64,000 nt of DNA from Raillietiella orientalis (lineage: Eukaryota). Both the position numbers and the translations under genes were made by a program. Positions 60,794-64,000 of the stretch are shown here, in pieces; within the stretch, counting starts at the first letter, position 1; the number at the start of each line of letters is the position of its first letter. A model generated the notes under the pieces. The model ran no database searches. It had not been told where the DNA came from and saw only the letters and a list, made by a program, of their open reading frames with translations. The stretch covers positions 930,001 to 994,000 of the forward strand of contig JAYWIR010000028.1 in assembly GCA_036172245.1 (NCBI GenBank), written 5' to 3'.

Positions 60794-63700
60794 CCAGGGG
60801 CGGGCGGGAAGGGCGGGGGAGCGGAAAGCGTCCCTTTCTCGGCCGGGGCATAGTGCTTTTTCGGCAGCGCCTTTCTATTGCCATGTTCCCCCTCTCCCGT
60901 CACTGCAGGGTCTGCCAACAACAACAGCAAATGAGCCCTCGTAGGGAGGGTGTCTTCAGCGCGGCTTCCTTCCCCTTCCTCCACCCTTTCATAATATCCT
61001 CCGGGTCGATATCACCTCGATCGCTACGGCAACGGTGAGGGGAGTGTCGCGGAGGGACGAACTGTTCGATGGAAGGAGCTCCATGTCCCTCCGTTCCTTG
61101 GGTGATGCTTCTGAGGGAACAGCATAAAGGGGTTCTCCAGAAACAACCCTCATTTTCTCTTCCTCTCCCCATCCTTTCCTCCTCCCCCCTGGCTGCCGAC
61201 GAGGAAACCAGCCCTGCGCGCTCTCCTCTTCGTCGTCGCTCGGATGGGGAGAGCGGGCGGAGCGCCTCTTTTCCGGTCTTGCGCACACGCGCGCCAAGCC
61301 GGAGTGCGCTGCGCTCCAGGAAGGTCGCGGTGGCTTCCGGCGGGCTACAGGGAAGTCGCGTCGTCCGCTGGCCCTCGTCCTCGGTGCACTTGTCCACTCC
61401 TGCTGGACGTTGGAGCCGCAGCGCCGCCGCATGCGGGTTCCATACGCAGCGCGCCCGAGAGCCACTTTGGGGAAGTGCGGTCCGACCCGCGAGTCGCCGC
61501 CGTCCCCGTCTCCGTGGAAATCCCCTCTTGCGACGAATGGCGCTCACCGACTGAACCGCTCCAGCGGGCCCCTCGTATTGGCTCTCGGCCCCGCGCTTCA
61601 TCAGGGAGGGGACCTGGAGCAAAGGGAAGGAAAGGATGTCTTCGCTGGCTGCCGCGGGGCACGCGGTTAGTCCTTGCCCTCCGGCAGCTTCGCGTTCGTT
61701 CTCGAAAATGCCGACCCTTCAGCCCAAGCCGGGATCGCATCAGGTGGCTGCTGTTCGTGGCCCTCGTGGGGACACGGGAGGTCGTTGGGGAGAATATGGG
61801 CGCGTGAGGACGTACGAAGGGGTGCCGTTCATCTTCATTCTGCCGGCTTCTCCGCGTGGGAATAAGATGGCAGGATGACCCCCCTCGCCCGGGTGAGTAG
61901 GCTTCTGGAATTCCCTTTTTCCTCCCCAGAGGGGTCTCGCAGCCACGAGGGTAAGCGTCCTCCCTTCGGCCTGTCTGAAGACCCCGGACGTCCGGTGGCG
62001 CGAGGCTGCGGATGCCTAGCATCCGAATCAGCGCTGGACGGGAGGGGATGTGCGAGGCAGGGAGGTCGCAGAGCGGGCTCCGCCTTCCCGCCCCTTTAGG
62101 AAGGGTGGGCGCGGTTTCCGGTGACAACGGAGCGCACCGTGCGGATTTTTTCGTGGGTTTGCCTTTTGACGCTGCTGATCGTGGGGAATGGGGCTCTCTT
62201 TCACCTCCTCCTGTTTTTCCCGCAAAGCAACAGCGCATCTTTTCCCTCCCTACGTTCAGTAGGTGCCTCGTGCCGCGGATTGTAGGGGGGGCTTGACACC
62301 CTTTCGGGAAGGAGGAGGAGCTTCGCTCCCACCTGTTTCACTTTTGCCTGAGCACCGTGGAGACTGCCCCGTAGTACAGGACCTCCTCCTCTCTCTCCAG
62401 AAGGACTAGGGTGGGACCGAGAAGGCGCGTGTCCGGAGAGGACGACGACGACGACCGCGTGGCTTTCTCTCACTCCCGGTTATTACCGGAAGGCATCCTT
62501 TCGCGTTTCGACGCTGATGGGAGGGGCCCCACAGCTCCGGGACTTCCGCCTTCAAGCCCGAGCCGCCGCTTTGCGGCATCTTCCCACGCGCGTTTGGCGA
62601 GCAAAGCGGGAGGGGAGCGCGGTTTAGCCCCTCCTTTTCCCTCCCTTTCCGGCTCTGTTGAAAGGAAGGAGGCTTCCCTGGGACAGAGGGGGGGACAATC
62701 ATGAGGCTCCTTCTGTAGATTCACGCTGCTGCCGCCGCTCCTGAAGTCGGCTAGCGAAGAGTTCTCGGGAGAAAATGGACGGCATTGGGGGATACGTCCT
62801 TTCCTTCCCCGGATCTCCCTTCTCCACTCTCCTCCTTGGTCCCGGTTTGGGCATCAGTAACTTGTGCTCTCCATTTTTGAACGAATATAGGGGGAAGGGG
62901 TCACCGAGGAGCGGGGTGGGGGTTCGAGGAACCCAGGGATTCGCTAGGACGGGAGGTGAAGAACTGAGGGACGAGGGTGCCCCAGTATTGACCGAGAGTG
63001 GAGTGACCTCCAGGAGCGGGCATGGTCGACAAATACTGAAGGACCCCTTTCTTCCTCCCCCCCCCCCCTACTTCTCTGCCCGCGCGTCTCCTCTAACGTT
63101 TTCGGCGGTGCGTCTTGGCGCTCCGGTCGAAGTCGCCCGATAACGGAACGGGAGGGGGCAGGGGAGCGCGCAGCCAGGGAGTAAGAAGGAGAGAGATGGC
63201 GTGCGCCCGGCCGGGTGTGAGCGCGCGCGGCACCATCCCTCGGGGGGGGGGGATCAGCAGACCACCCGTTCTCCCCTCTCCCGCCCCGTTCCCCTTACTA
63301 TCCCAGCGCGCCAGACCAGAAGTCGCTTCCGTGCGGGTTTCCGCATCCGGGTATTGTCTTCCTCCTCATGCACAGCACTCGCGAGAGCGAGTGGCGGAAC
63401 CAGCAGATGCACTTCCTGTCTTCCCGAAGGCGTCTTCCAGGTTCCCTCGTTGCGCATTCCCTCTCCCTCTCCCAACCCTTTTTCCAGGTCCCGGATGTGC
63501 TTCCTCGGGAGCTTCTTTCTTGATGTTACGCTCGTCGCATACGGGGGGGGGCGCCTGTGCGCCCGCTGGAACTCTCGGGAGGACTGCTGCCGCCGTCACA
63601 GCTCTTGAGCACCCCTGCACCGCGATCCTGTGGGATTCTTGAATCCTGTTCTCTGCCCCTCCCGCATGAACGGGGAACCGAAACAAGTCTGTGGACAGTC

Positions 63701-64000
63701 AGCGGCGGATCCTTGCTGGTGCCGGGGAGCAAAAGAGGGGTCGGCAGCGCATCCCTCAGGGTCGGCTGGGAGCTGCGTCGTCGAGGGAATCCCAGCCGCA
63801 GGTCGTGGGGACGTTTCCTGTCCCGTGGTGACGTGACGGTTCGAGGCTGGGAGCATACCGTTACCGCTTGTCGGGTTCGGCGCGGAAGCCCTCCTCCCCC
63901 CTTCCGGCTGGACCGCGCGCGATCAGCGCCGTCGGAGCTTCAAGATCGCGGGGAGTGCACGGGGAAAAAGGCGGCTCGCGGGTGGGCGAAGCTCGGGGTA

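Noticed and set aside
57868..64000. Many long overlapping ORFs and possible further slit exons
   Set aside because: GC-rich promoter and intron sequence with low-complexity translations; I found no LRR-coding exon with suitable splice sites.
1..64000. tRNA, rRNA, snRNA genes or CRISPR-like arrays
   Set aside because: GTTCGA-type words lack cloverleaf context; no U2, SL or rDNA sequence and no regularly spaced repeat-spacer array was recognised by eye.

Overview
Eukaryotic genomic DNA, probably arthropod and possibly crustacean (inferred from the Spaetzle subfamily), with two recognisable protein-coding genes at the ends. A complete three-exon spaetzle/neurotrophin-like cystine-knot gene lies at 646-2146 (+). 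The promoter and first coding exon of a slit-like gene lie at 58747-58991 (+), and its first intron appears to run off the window. The ~56 kb between them has no recognisable cellular gene. It is largely a graveyard of non-LTR retrotransposons: at least six 5'-truncated copies of one L1/Tx1-like family (four with visible target-site duplications, a structured 3' UTR and a CCCGG..CCGGG terminal hairpin instead of a poly(A) tail), two REL-endonuclease (NeSL/Utopia-like) fragments and several very decayed ORF2 pieces. Microsatellites, isolated perfect hairpins and several AT-rich or motif-clustered islands that may be slit enhancers are interspersed. A ~290 bp inverted repeat sits in slit intron 1. 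Nearly all ORFs in the supplied track look spurious. All calls are by-eye motif recognition; no searches were run.
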